DNA of 64,000 bases from Klebsormidium nitens (lineage: Eukaryota; Plantae; Klebsormidiophyceae): positions 62,001 through 126,000 of the forward strand of contig DF237101.1 in NCBI GenBank assembly GCA_000708835.1, read 5' to 3'. Each line of letters begins with the position of its first letter. Position 1 is the first letter of the stretch. Both the position numbers and the translations under genes were made by a program. The notes under the pieces were generated by a model that was not told the DNA's origin, did no database searches, and saw only the letters and a program-made list of their open reading frames with translations. Positions 1 to 11,047 of the stretch are shown in pieces.

Positions 1-3000
1 TCAAGAAATGCCTTGCAGACGTAGGAGACACCTCTTCGCGCTTCGACAAGCTCAAGAGGTTCCCTGGGGGGCCGGACCTGTACGCCTATCGCGTTAGCGG
101 CGCACGCGTGTGTCCGTATGGTGTGAGCCACAGCGGCTCGAACAACTTTTGTGTCCTGGTACGTGGTCGCGGTCTTTTCTACAAGTGCAACAGCTCCGAG
201 TGCTGCGACGTTCATCCGCAGCGCAAGATCGGGGAGCTCACGGCACAGGAGAGCATGGTGTGGGGGGCGAGACGGCCTCGGTTGCTGAGGACGACCTGAC
301 CGTGTACGACATGCTGACGAAGGCCTTTGTGGATTACTGGGCGTTTAAAGGAGACATGGGCGGCAGTCGGATTGTTGCGCAGATGTACTCCAGATGCCAC
401 AGGTGAAGCTACCTTTCGTCGTTTCTCATTCAAGCTCCGCAATCTTGGGTGATTGTTTGAAGAGTTTCCAGGCTCTTTCAATACGTGACCTCAAATCCAA
501 GATTGGTCGGGCTGTACTCCTCTCTTGTGAGCGAACTTCGACTTCTTGAGAGCCCTACCGAAATTGCAACTCGAATGGTGGCCGCTGATGCTGTGTCCGA
601 ATGTCCAAGTTTTTGGAGTCAGCAACCTGAGATGACGTCAGCAGTCCCCCCTCGCTCCCTCGGCTCCAGTTGACAGCTTGCGTCGTGTCCGTGTGTCCTT
701 TTGAGCCCGCAATCCCTTTGACGGCGGCAGCGATTGCGCCATAATCTCTTGCGGAACCAATCGTCTGCTTTGCATCTTGTGTCGGAGTGTCCCCATTTTG
801 TGCACATCTCTTTCTTAGCAGCTCGGTGTGACAACCGCAGTCACCTCAACCGATGAGCCTTGCTTCGTTTGCACGTAGATCAATGGGCATCATGGCCCAG
901 TTTTCCCACGATGGAGCTTGACTTTTCGAAGCGGCCAGAGAAGCGACACCTTTCCTCTTCCTTTTAACTGCAGGATCTGGTATGATTCGGAGGGCAAGAC
1001 TTGGTGGATATGGGATGGGAAGCGCTTCAAGCAGGCTGCAATCGAGACGGTCAAATATATCTGCATTCATCAGCTGAGCACCGTTTACGGTCGACTTCGA
1101 GCAGAATTGAAGGAGCAGATAGATGAGACCGTCGACGAGAATGAAAAAAAGTTGCTGAGCAAGCGTCTCGACAAAGTGAGACGCTACTACGACGCTGGTG
1201 AGATTGGCTCGACCTTGACGATCATGGCAGGGGAGATGGCCCTGGATTTGGTTGGGGAGCTGGACGCCAATCCGGACATCCTGAACGTTCAGAACGGGGT
1301 CATCAACCTGCGCACTGGCCAGCTCGACATTCACAGGCCGGAGTACTTGTGCACCAAGCTAGCTGACGTCAACTTCAAGGTGCGCTTCAAGGTTTTGGAT
1401 TGTGATGTCGTATTTGTGCAGCTGTAGAGACACATACCGCCAGAGTGTTGGTTGAATGAAGAGAAGAGGTCACCTCAGAGCTTCTTTGTGCTGATATCAA
1501 CCTCCATGAAACCCCTCGAAATCACATTTACAGATTGAGGGGTTTCTTGTATGAAACCTTGTGGCCTTTGTGAGATGTTGAAGTCTTGAGGCTGCCACCT
1601 CAGGAATTACTTGCACGTCCTAGCTTTGATCATGTCCAAGCAAGCCGAGATGCCATGCAAAGTAGTGTGCAGCAAGGACTTGATGCTTTCTGCGTTGTGG
1701 CCTTGCAAGTAAGCAGATCGTAAGAAGCTCCGGACGACCCGTTCCTTGCAGGGGCTCAGTCATCCGACCCCCACCATCCGCAATTTCCTGGACGACATCT
1801 TCAACGGCGACCAAGCACTCATTGAGTTCATGCGGAGGCTATGGGGGTACGCCATAAACGGGCGGATTAGCGAGGAGATCATTGTGTTCTTACTCGGGAG
1901 CGGCGGTAGGTCGCTCACACCAAAACCGCTCTGATTGCTCTTGTTTGGGCGTCTCTTGGGATCCCCGTTTTCGAAAGCAACCCAATGAGAGAGCAGTCTT
2001 CAGCCATCCCCTCAAGGTCTGCTGCAATTGATAGCGTCCGAGTGTCCGCGCTCCGTGCTTACCTTCTCGAAGGGCCTCCTTTTGGTGACGTCAGCAACCA
2101 TGCCACCCAATAGCTTCTAGGTGTCCGAGTGTCTGAGCGCTCTGCCCGCCTCTTGGAAGATGTTCCTTCCAGATGACGTCATCAACCATCACACCCACAT
2201 TTCCGCTCTTGATAGCTTCCAAATGTCCGAGTATTTTGAGCTCTGTGCCCACTTTTAATAGATAGGGGTTTCAGCAGGCAGTCCGACTACTCAAGCTCTA
2301 CTCGATGTGCAGGGAATGGCAAGGGGGTCTGCAAGGAGATGCTCGAGAACACGCTGGGCGAGTACTACGGCGTGATGGCCAAGGACGCTGTGGTGAAGCC
2401 TCCCGGGCAGCGACCCCCCACCAAGGGTGCTGCCACGGGCTACCTCGCTGAATTAAAGGGCTTCCGGGTTGCTATCACGGACGAAACGAGCCCGGGCGAG
2501 CGCGTTGATCTCGGGCTCGTCCTCATGATGACCGGCGGGGGAAAGCAGAGTTTTCGAAACCTCTTCGAGAAAAACGCTACGATCCGCTTTACCCATACGC
2601 CTTTCATCCAAACCAACTACGATCCTGAGATTCCCCCGACCCTGGCAAAGCAGGCCAACATTGACCGCCGCCTCATCGTGGTTCGATTCCCAAACGAGTA
2701 CGTGTCTGAGAACAAGTTCGACGAAACGAACCCTAGCCATAGGCTCGTGGATGGCAGTCTGAAGCAGCGGATGCAGACGCCAGCGGTCTGTGAAGAGTTC
2801 CTCACGTTCTTGATCCAAGGGAGCTGCGCTTGGTACGAGGACCCCACGGTCTTGCGCCGGCACCCGCCGGCCGTTCAGGCGGCCTCGATGGCGTGGCTGC
2901 AGCGTGGAGACAAGCTGCAGACCTTCCTGCAGTCGGAGCACTGCGTCCTGGATGCAGCTGACACGCCCGAAGCCGCAAAGACCGTCACGTGGGAGGACGA

Positions 3001-3172
3001 ATTCTGGAGACAGTTCCAGTTGTTTGCAGGGCTGAAGATTGCCAAGGAGGAGTTGGCTAGGCAGATGCGGGAGAAAGGGTATGGGAGAACGAAGCGCGCT
3101 GGGCGTTTCACCGGCGATCTCGCTTCCCAGCGGAGCTCTTGCTATGTAGGCTTCAAGTGCGAGTACGATTGA
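1..3172 (+). CDS. Intron-containing primase-associated D5-like SF3 helicase (5'-truncated by the window; one -1 frameshift at the G6 run 262-267)
   Basis: Exons <1-402, 974-1379, 1752-1905, 2313-3172; GT-AG introns 403-973, 1380-1751, 1906-2312 all restore frame. Spliced motifs: CPYGVSHSGSNNF...C, LNVQNGVINLRTG, Walker A LGSGG|NGKG (split by intron 3), Walker B VAITDE, motif C IQTNYDP. Confidence 0.85.
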
Positions 3173-3748
3173 CACGCGTCCACCTTGTAAAAGCCGGTTG
3201 CTGGCCTGTTCCATGAGGCTTGCTTCGACGAGAAGAATTGTACATAGACTGATTGCCCACCTCTTGGAAAAATAGGCCATTAGGAGCGAGCAGAATTGAG
3301 AAGCATTTTCCCGTCACAAAACTAGTCGATTGCTTTCAAGTTTCTTCCACTAGTCTTGCATTGACCATCGGGTAGAACTGTACATAAGTTATTGTTTTCT
3401 GCCGACCTTTCAGAGAGTAGGCTCTAGGTACGGGTTACGATTGAGAGGCCATTCCACGAAAACGAAAAAAACAAATCGCTTGCTGTTCCGTTAGTGGTGC
3501 TTTATTGAGTAGTATTGTATACAAGGTAGATCAGGTGCCCACCTTTGTGGAGTTAGCATAAATGATACTCTAGCTAACAAGTCCTTTGGCTCGTGGCCGT
3601 TTGCGTACATGGTCACATATGTTACCAAGCATGCTGTTGGTACAAAATCCAACCGTATGATGCATGTCACTCATGGAAACCGTAGCAATTAGTGGTTCGA
3701 TACACATGGCATACTACACTATGACGGTGAATTTGGATGAAGGCTGAC

Positions 3749-4270
3749 TGGCTGCTGACGTCATGACAAGGGGACCTTCTGAGAAGGTATGCACAGGTCT
3801 CGGACACTTGGGCGCAAGCTTAGCCACCATCAACTACAGCAGATAGATATTGCTAGTGGAATGGCTGCTGACGTCATGAAAAGAGGACCTTTAGAGAGGG
3901 TATGCACAGGTCTCGGACACTTGGACGCAAGCTTAGCCACCATCAACTACAGCAGATACATATTGCTAGTAGAATGGCTGCTGACGTCATGAAAAGAAGA
4001 CCTTTAGAGAAGGTATGCACAGGTCTCGGACACTTGGACGCAAGCTTAGTCACCATCAACTTCAGCAGATACATATTGCTAGTAGAATGGATGATGACGT
4101 CACGAAAAGGGGACCTTCCGAGAGAGTATGCACAAACCTCGGACACTTGGACGCAAGCTTGCCACCAACAACTACAGTAGACACATATTGTCGGTGGCAT
4201 GGCTGCTGACGTCATCAAAAGGGGAACTTCCGAAAAGGTCTGCGCAATTCTCGGACACTTGGACGCACGC
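3749..4270. repeat. Tandem array, about 5 copies of a 113-bp unit
   Basis: TGACGTCA at 3756, 3869, 3982, 4095 and 4207 (spacing 113, 113, 113, 112). CTCGGACACTTGGRCGC is present in every unit. The repeated MHRSRTLG/MHKPRTLG ORF starts at 113-bp spacing reflect the same array. Confidence 0.95.
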
Positions 4271-4414
4271 GCGTTTCCACGAAATGTCACCGGCCTCTAA
4301 AGGTGAAGCGCGCGGCACGTCTCTCTCGTCTGTTGCTCCTTACAAAAAGTCGCATCGAGGCTTAGAAGGATGCAAGATGGACATTCATAAAGATTCGAGC
4401 GGTCTAAGCACGAG

Positions 4415-5558
4415 ATGGCGGATTCCAACTTCGCTTCGCTGCATCACTCCGTTGTGCCCGAAGCATCTAGACCGCAATGGGAGAGGCGGAACAACCGCTA
4501 CGTTTGCCTTGAAAATCATTCTGATCGACCAGAAGGAGCGTGCAGCAGGGACTTTGCATCGAAGCAAGCTCTCGAGGCCCACCGCGCAACAACCCATTGC
4601 GAGCCAGCAAAGCTGCCCAGCGAGCGTCCCATCTCTAGGTTGCGAGGATTGAGCCCTAATGAAGCCCATCGCATAGCGCAGCGAAGCAATCATGCTGCAG
4701 TTGCGAAGTACCGAGATACTTTGAAAGGAAAGTGGGCCACGTTCAGAGCCCGCCATATGGCAAAGTACCGCAATCTCTCGTTGAAAGCTCTACCGGCGCC
4801 CCCAGAGCCCGAGGCACCGCCCTACATGTTGCCGCCAGTCTCGTGGCTTCTGGCAGACGCTCAGTTCACCCCCAACGAGGTGAAAGCGCGGTTCGCTTCG
4901 GGTAACATCCAACTGAGCCACTCGACCTGGTCCCTGAGGTTTCACCCGGACAAGGTTCAGGTGAGGTGGTCTAAACCCTGCCTTCATAGACCCTTGGCAA
5001 TCAAACAAATGACTAATCATACTGTACATCTTTGCTCAATTATGATGCTTAAAGTGTATATCAAGTCACATTCCTATCATGCGATTCTTTCAATAGTGTA
5101 CATCTTTGCTCATTTGGATGCTTAATAAAAATTGAGAATATCTACAGTTGCCAACAAGTCCTCGTTCTTTGTGATAATAGGAGAGAAGCCCGCACCATTT
5201 GGAAGAGTTTGGACGACACTACATCCACGAGCTACGCAAGCTTGGGAGGGAGAGAGCGGGACCTGCTCACAACGCGATACAAGCTCTCTATGCCACCGAG
5301 CAGTTTGCGCCTCTAAACGAGCGCTTCAAGCAAGGCATCTACGCTAGAAAGGCAGGAGGAAGGCACTGGGAAGCATGGCTCAACGAGGAGGTTGCACTCG
5401 TCACAGATTACCTTGTCCATCTTTTAAGAGTTGTAGAATACGAAAGCCAGGTGCAACGTGCAAAGGAGTTGCTCAACGCTCGAGAGGCTTGGATTGACGA
5501 ACAGCTAAAGAGGCGCTTTCGGAGGTCCAAAGCGTTTTTGAGGCACAACGAGCCGTAG
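4415..5558 (+). CDS. Two-exon protein with an N-terminal C2H2-like zinc finger and a J-domain-like HPD motif
   Basis: CLENHSDRPEGACSRDFASKQALEAHRATTH (C..C..F..L..H..H) and LRFHPDK. Phase-0 intron 4961-5180 (CAG|GTGAGG ... AATAG|GAG) joins ORF 4415 to ORF 5199-5558 in frame. Confidence 0.55.
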
Positions 5559-5636
5559 TACAAAAGGCCTTTACCACTTTCGTCTTCGTAACCAATAGAA
5601 TTATGCTCAGTTACATAATGAACCAAGTAGAATTAA

Positions 5637-6188
5637 ATGGATTCGATTGTTTGTCAACAACCGAAGGACAGAGCTGCAATGATCGAATTGGACAATCAGG
5701 TAAATAAGTCTGTAAGGTTGGCCATCATCCGTTCTTATCAGGAGCTCGGCTGTACCAACACTTATCTTGACATCGGAACTCTAGCAGGCTTGAGATCGTT
5801 GACTCCGCCACACAACCTCGCCCGAATCACTCAGAAGGTCGTGAAGTCATTGAATGCGGAAGGTTTTCATGCCTTATGGGACAAGTCCGGCTTACATAGC
5901 CCCTCGTTATATTCCGTCTATGTCGACTGGGGAAATGCACTGAAGAGCGCAAGAAAGGCAGAGCGTAAGGCCCACTATCGGGCTCGAAATGTCAATGCCA
6001 ATGCCCTAGAACGGAGGATCCTCCCTTCGAACCAGAGAAGTTGCAATCTTGACTGCACGGCAGCTAGAGATGGCGGTGATGACTCAGGAAACGAGAACAT
6101 CGAAGTATACCTGCTCGAGTTGCTCGCAAATCCGGCCAAGACCCGCAATAAGCAGAACAATGAAGAGAGTGTCAGCCCGTCTGGATAA
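5637..6188 (+). CDS. Hypothetical protein (183 aa) of the virus-like element
   Basis: ATG-initiated intronless ORF, co-oriented between element genes; no recognisable motif. Confidence 0.55.
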   Translation: MDSIVCQQPKDRAAMIELDNQVNKSVRLAIIRSYQELGCTNTYLDIGTLAGLRSLTPPHNLARITQKVVKSLNAEGFHALWDKSGLHSPSLYSVYVDWGNALKSARKAERKAHYRARNVNANALERRILPSNQRSCNLDCTAARDGGDDSGNENIEVYLLELLANPAKTRNKQNNEESVSPSG

Positions 6189-6456
6189 AATGAATGGCCA
6201 TTTACTGCTCGAGAGGTGAAATCTGTCCTTCAATATTCACATTATCTAATATAATCACTTTTTCGCGAAAAATCGACTTTTTCAACCGGGTTGGATACCC
6301 GTTCTACAAGCCTTATTTCTGTTGGAAAACAAGCACAAGCTTTATGCAAACTCAGAAAGTGCAGAAAAATGCAACCAGCCTTATTCACTTTTCCAAAAAC
6401 CCTCAGCCGGTTGGCTGGTCGTTATTTTTATCTAGAGTATCTCAGATAAGCAAGGC

Positions 6457-7518
6457 ATGGAAGCTTCCAATGCAGAGGAGCGCGCTATAGCTGTGCCAAG
6501 GACCCATGAGCTCTTACAAGCCGTGTTTGATGATGGTTCCAGAAAGCTTGTAACTGTGAAGCAATACTGTGCCCATGTTGTTCGTCTCTTTAAGGGTATG
6601 TTTGATGAAGAGTCGGAGATATCAGATTTCGAATGGTTGAAAGATGCGCCGAAAGTGATTGCTTACTTTTCCGATGCATATCCAGACAAGCTCTCAATGC
6701 AAGCAACTGGGATCAATCCTCTTCTTGTCCTAGTCAAGAAGGAGTTTCCAAGAGACACAAAATTGTATCACAGTTACTATAGGCGATACCAAGAGGTGCG
6801 CGAACTGATGGAAAAGGCACGCCCTCCGCCACAGGTAATGACAGAAGCCGAAAGTCGCAACTGGAAGACACTCTCTCAGATCGACGACAAACGTGTCCAG
6901 CTGCAGAGACGAGTGAACCGCTCCATACTGCCCAAGGGTCCCGGACAGCTCACAACGGCCGATAAGGTCATCTTGATCCGCTATCTCGTTCTGTGCTTAT
7001 ATTCTCAGAGCCCCTCCCTGCGTAACGACTATTCAAACCTCCCCGTGATCCGTTTCGAGGATATGCACACCCCTTCCGCAAAAACGTTGACGTCTGGAAA
7101 TGGCAACTATCTCTTGGAGTACGCGAAGGGGCAATTCCGAATGGTCTTGAAAGATTTCAAAACGGCCAAGACGTATGGGGAGCAGGCAATCGACTTACCG
7201 ACACGAACTTGCAACGTGATTGCGGAGACTCTTGAGGTGTTTCCTCGAAAGTACCTTCTAAGTCGTATGCGGACGCCGGATGAGCCAATGAGCCGCAATT
7301 ACCTCACAAAGTTCTGCTGCTCCATTTTCGACGACGCGAATGTCGGTACGTGCTTGCTGCGCAAGATATGCGTCTCGAATGCAATGAAGGATGCGCCCAG
7401 CATCCTAGAGCGAGAAGTTCTTGCCAAACAGATGCTTCACTCTGCCTCGGTGCAAATGCGGACTTATGAGAAGCATTATAGGCCAGATGGCACGAACATT
7501 CAGTTCGATGACGCTTAA
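6457..7518 (+). CDS. Tyrosine recombinase/integrase (OLV11/Polinton-like-virus type)
   Basis: Catalytic residues in order: PSLRNDY (R), DFKTAKTYG (K), TCLLRKICVS (xxxR, His replaced), LAKQMLHSASVQMRTYEK (H...Y). 353 aa, intronless. Confidence 0.85.
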   Translation: MEASNAEERAIAVPRTHELLQAVFDDGSRKLVTVKQYCAHVVRLFKGMFDEESEISDFEWLKDAPKVIAYFSDAYPDKLSMQATGINPLLVLVKKEFPRDTKLYHSYYRRYQEVRELMEKARPPPQVMTEAESRNWKTLSQIDDKRVQLQRRVNRSILPKGPGQLTTADKVILIRYLVLCLYSQSPSLRNDYSNLPVIRFEDMHTPSAKTLTSGNGNYLLEYAKGQFRMVLKDFKTAKTYGEQAIDLPTRTCNVIAETLEVFPRKYLLSRMRTPDEPMSRNYLTKFCCSIFDDANVGTCLLRKICVSNAMKDAPSILEREVLAKQMLHSASVQMRTYEKHYRPDGTNIQFDDA

Positions 7519-7576
7519 GTCTCAATGTATCGTTTGTCATTGAGGTTTGAGCGAGTTTGCAGCACTTGGCAGAAAT

Positions 7577-7912
7577 CTAGCGGACCTCGGCTGCTATGTA
7601 TGGGAGGAGGTTCCTTGAAAGGCTGTCACCAATGTCGAATCGTGAACTTGTGGCCGATGGTATTGAAAAACCCGCCTTTTGGAGCCTCTCGAGTGTCTGC
7701 TTGTGAAACTTCTTTGTGTTTCCTGAAAGGTAGCGTGCATAGGCCTTTTGGAGCAGGATCCGCTCCTGATTGCGAGCATAATAAGCCCGCATGTGCTCTT
7801 TGTGCTTTTCAGGATGTTGTTGCTGATAACGTCGATGATTCTGACAGGCACGGCAGGGGCAGGGCCGGGTGTCGTCAACAAAGTCATCAGTGGCTCCAAA
7901 GGCCACGGACAT
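7577..7912 (-). CDS. Small basic helical protein (111 aa), virus-like
   Basis: ATG at 7912; HRRYQQQHPEKHKEHMRAYYARNQERILLQKAYARY is a basic/Tyr helix of a kind common in small ORFs of large DNA viruses; divergent from the primase gene. Confidence 0.55.
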   Translation of the reverse strand: MSVAFGATDDFVDDTRPCPCRACQNHRRYQQQHPEKHKEHMRAYYARNQERILLQKAYARYLSGNTKKFHKQTLERLQKAGFSIPSATSSRFDIGDSLSRNLLPYIAAEVR

Positions 7913-8019
7913 TTGTCCTCCTTATTACTGCGAAAAAAAAGATCGATGCTCGACCGCAATCGAAACTGTGAGTGCGTTCAGATCCCACCGATTTTTTCTT
8001 AGTGGTGACTATATAAATC

Positions 8020-10874
8020 ATGGCTCCGCTAGGTGTCGAGCAAGCTGTCGCTGCCCCTACGGCCTCGGCCTCCGAGTCGACCAAGGCCTCAGGGCCACCA
8101 AGCATCAAAGACGTGATCATGGACCTCGCTGGAAGAGGGCTTTATGCCATCCCCGTGCGAATGTTTTGGGATTCCAACAAGGGCAAGAAGGACGCGGACT
8201 TCCCATACAAATGGAGTAATATGGTTGATCGCAACACCTGGAACGACAAGATTGATGCGGCCCTCTCAGAGGTGTCGAATGCCAACGGTGTTGCTATCCT
8301 CACGGGTGCTAGCAGATTGCTGGTGGTGGATGTGGATAATTCTAGCACTCCCAAAAAACGTGCAGGGATAGAGCTCTGGGACCGCTTGATTGCCACTCAC
8401 GGCGAGCCGTCGACCCTCAAGGCAAAGTCTGGATCGGGTGGGCTGCACTTCTACTTTCGAATCAACAGCCTCGGACTCAATCGCACGAGAAACTTTGCTG
8501 GCTTGAAGTCGGGCGGGACCCTTTACGGGATTGACTCTCGTGCAACAGGCGGCATCATTTTTGCACATCCAGCAGCATACGTGGATGGTGAGGGCATTCA
8601 CCGCCAGTACGAATGGTTCAACGGTCCACCGAGCTATAAAGCTTGCTCTGAGATTCCAGAGTGGCTCGTGCGGATCATCAATGACGGGGCGACAGCGGCG
8701 TTGATGAGATTCAATCGATGGTTGTCAGCGCCGCGCCACATGAGATCACGGAAGCATGCGCATTGGTTGACTCTAAGATGGATATAGCTCATGGCCATTG
8801 CAATGATCAACGCTCGGCTTCCAACAGAGCGTCCAATGACAGAAGTCTTTTACTGAAAGAGTTCTCGGACATGCTAAGAGAGAACGCACGTGATTCTACA
8901 AGCACTTATGCGAGCACGCTGCCACATGGGCTTTATGGCACTTATTACTGCTTTAGGACGAAAGGGCCAAGGACTTGCTACTTTGGCCATCGTCATTCAG
9001 GAAGCAATAACTTCAACCTGCTTAAACGTGGACGCAACGTATACTATCGCTGCCATGGTCAAGAATGCTCTCACAAGCGTGCAGAGAAGCTAGGTGAGTT
9101 AAGCCTCAAAGCTGCATTGCAAGACGCGACGTCTCAAAGAGTTCACCATTCCGATGATATGCGCACCATCACACAATATACGGAGGGGAGTGAGGAGGTT
9201 CAACGGCTTCTACTCAAGTTTATGGCCGAGCACGCCGCCCCTCAAGCTTATTTTAACCTTGGGCGGCTCTTTGGTTATTTTTATCAGATCGAGGGAAGGA
9301 TGCTCACAACGAGGGACACTTCGGAGAAGAAGAAAGATGCTTTGTACTTCTATGTTTGGAACGGCGCTTCTTGGATTCAGGACGCAGCGAACATGGTCGC
9401 TAGCGTCTTCACGTTGCAGATGGGGGTCCTCCTCGCTTGGTATGAGGGCAAACGGGAGAAGTGCTTGGAGGAGCTCCGCTCGCAACATCCCGATCTGCAA
9501 GGGCTCGGGGAAGGCGAAGGGCCTCAATCCAGATCCAAACAGCAAGCGGAACTGATCAAGGCTGCCCAACAGGGATGTCTTAATGAGAGAGATAGGAGAT
9601 TGCCGAGCTTTGGGAGGATCAATGTGCAAGACATTGGTGATGTGAGGAAGTGTCTGCCTGCTGTTGTCAACGAGCTCTTCGTAGAGGATCTAATGGACTT
9701 GTTCGACCAAGACGACCACGTTGCCAACGCTCCAAACGGTCTCATAGACCTCCGGACCGGGAACCTCTCAGGCCATCATCCACAGGATCTTTGCAGCAAC
9801 ACCACAAGCACGTACATCCGAGGTGCCTCAGGAGCCCTGACGGCGCGCTTCCGCAGTTTCTTGATGGATGTTCTGCCACCTGGCAACATCGATTGGCTGC
9901 AGTTGTTCCTTGGATATTGCCTCACTGGCGAGACGAGCGAAGAGCTCTTTGTCATCATGAACGGCGAGGGTGCAAACGGAAAGAGCAGACTCGCGGCCGC
10001 CATACGTCGGGCCTTTGGAAGCTACAGCACGGCAGGCAACAAAGCAATCTTCATCAAGCCTACTTTTAAGGCTAATGCATCCTCTGCTTCGACCCATCTC
10101 ATGCACATCAAGTCCAAGCGCTTCGTCACCAACGAGGAGTCGGAGAAGGACGATCATCTGAACGGAGCATTTCTAAAGGAGGCAGCCTCTGGCAACCCTA
10201 TCGAAGCACGTGAGCTTTTCTGCAAACCACAGGAGTACATCCCGCGATATAAGCTCTGCCTCTTTACTAATTATAGGCCGCACTTTCCAAGCGATGACGC
10301 TGCATTGCTCCGCAGGATCGTACTGATCATGTTCGATTTCATTTACAAAGCTCCGGACGAGCTGGACGTGAACAACAAGAGGCACAAACCGATGGACCTC
10401 ACGCTGAAATCGTATTTCGAATCTGCGGAAGGTGCTGCAGACGTTCTGGACTTTTGTGTGGAGGGCGCGACAATGTACTATGCAAGGAAGGAGCAATCTC
10501 CGGAATCGAAGATTCTCTCGCCCATCCCGCATGCTTTCCGTGCTGCAGCGCAGGAGTATGCAGCCGAGAATGACCACCTCCAATGCTTCATCGACGAGTC
10601 ATGTGTGAAGGGCGACTCTTTCGGCGTCACCAAGGTCGACTTCGTGAACAAGTTTTTGGAATTTTTGTATGCAGGCGGGCACGACACAAGCGTGGCTGGG
10701 GACGGTTTGGCAAGGGCCATGAACGTGAAGGGGTACACGAGCACTTCTAAAGACGGGAAGAAGAACAGAATGATCCGAATGCTAGACAGTAGAGAAAGGA
10801 AAACCGGCTTCTTCGGAATCCGGCTCAAGACTCCTGAAGAAATGGAGGCGGAATTCAATGCAAGTGAGGACTGA
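8020..10874 (+). CDS. Bifunctional Prim-Pol primase fused to a D5-like SF3 helicase (one -1 frameshift at the G4 run 8686-8689)
   Basis: ORF 8020-8787 has Prim-Pol motifs (NGVAILTG, LLVVDVD, SGSGGLHFYF, GIDSRATGG). The second frame opens at 8685 and has CYFGHRHSGSNNF, NAPNGLIDLRTG, Walker A GEGANGKS, Walker B FVTNEE and motif C LFTNYRP. No introns. Confidence 0.9.
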
Positions 10875-11047
10875 GGGGACGTGATACATGTGATACGCAA
10901 TCTGAGGCCTCTCAGCAAGCTTGTATCAGTGCCTGGAAGGCGCTAGAATTGTGGTCATTTGGGCCAGTTTCGACGACACAACGACTCGTAGCAGTGTCTC
11001 ACAGCGCTGGAAATGCAGAGATGGCATCTTGTTGTAGCGCTTATGGT

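Noticed and set aside
1507-1548. Hairpin GAAACCCCTC...GAGGGGTTTC in helicase intron 2
   Set aside because: A single 10-bp stem with no second copy, and unrelated to the array unit; may be chance.
2453-3280. 275-aa minus-strand ORF and similar long antisense ORFs (e.g. 14298-14726, 39647-40117, 40577-41032, 55999-56655)
   Set aside because: They are shadows of GC-rich real exons on the opposite strand and have no motifs.
3749-4270. CRISPR-like array, or coding repeats (MHRSRTLG... ORFs)
   Set aside because: Units are similar along their whole length with no unique spacers. The ORFs are by-products of the 113-bp period, which shifts frame each unit.
262-8689. Conserved programmed frameshift shared by both helicase paralogs
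   Set aside because: The two shifts lie at non-homologous positions (after versus before the Cys/His module) and lack a slippery heptamer. Homopolymer error is the simpler explanation.
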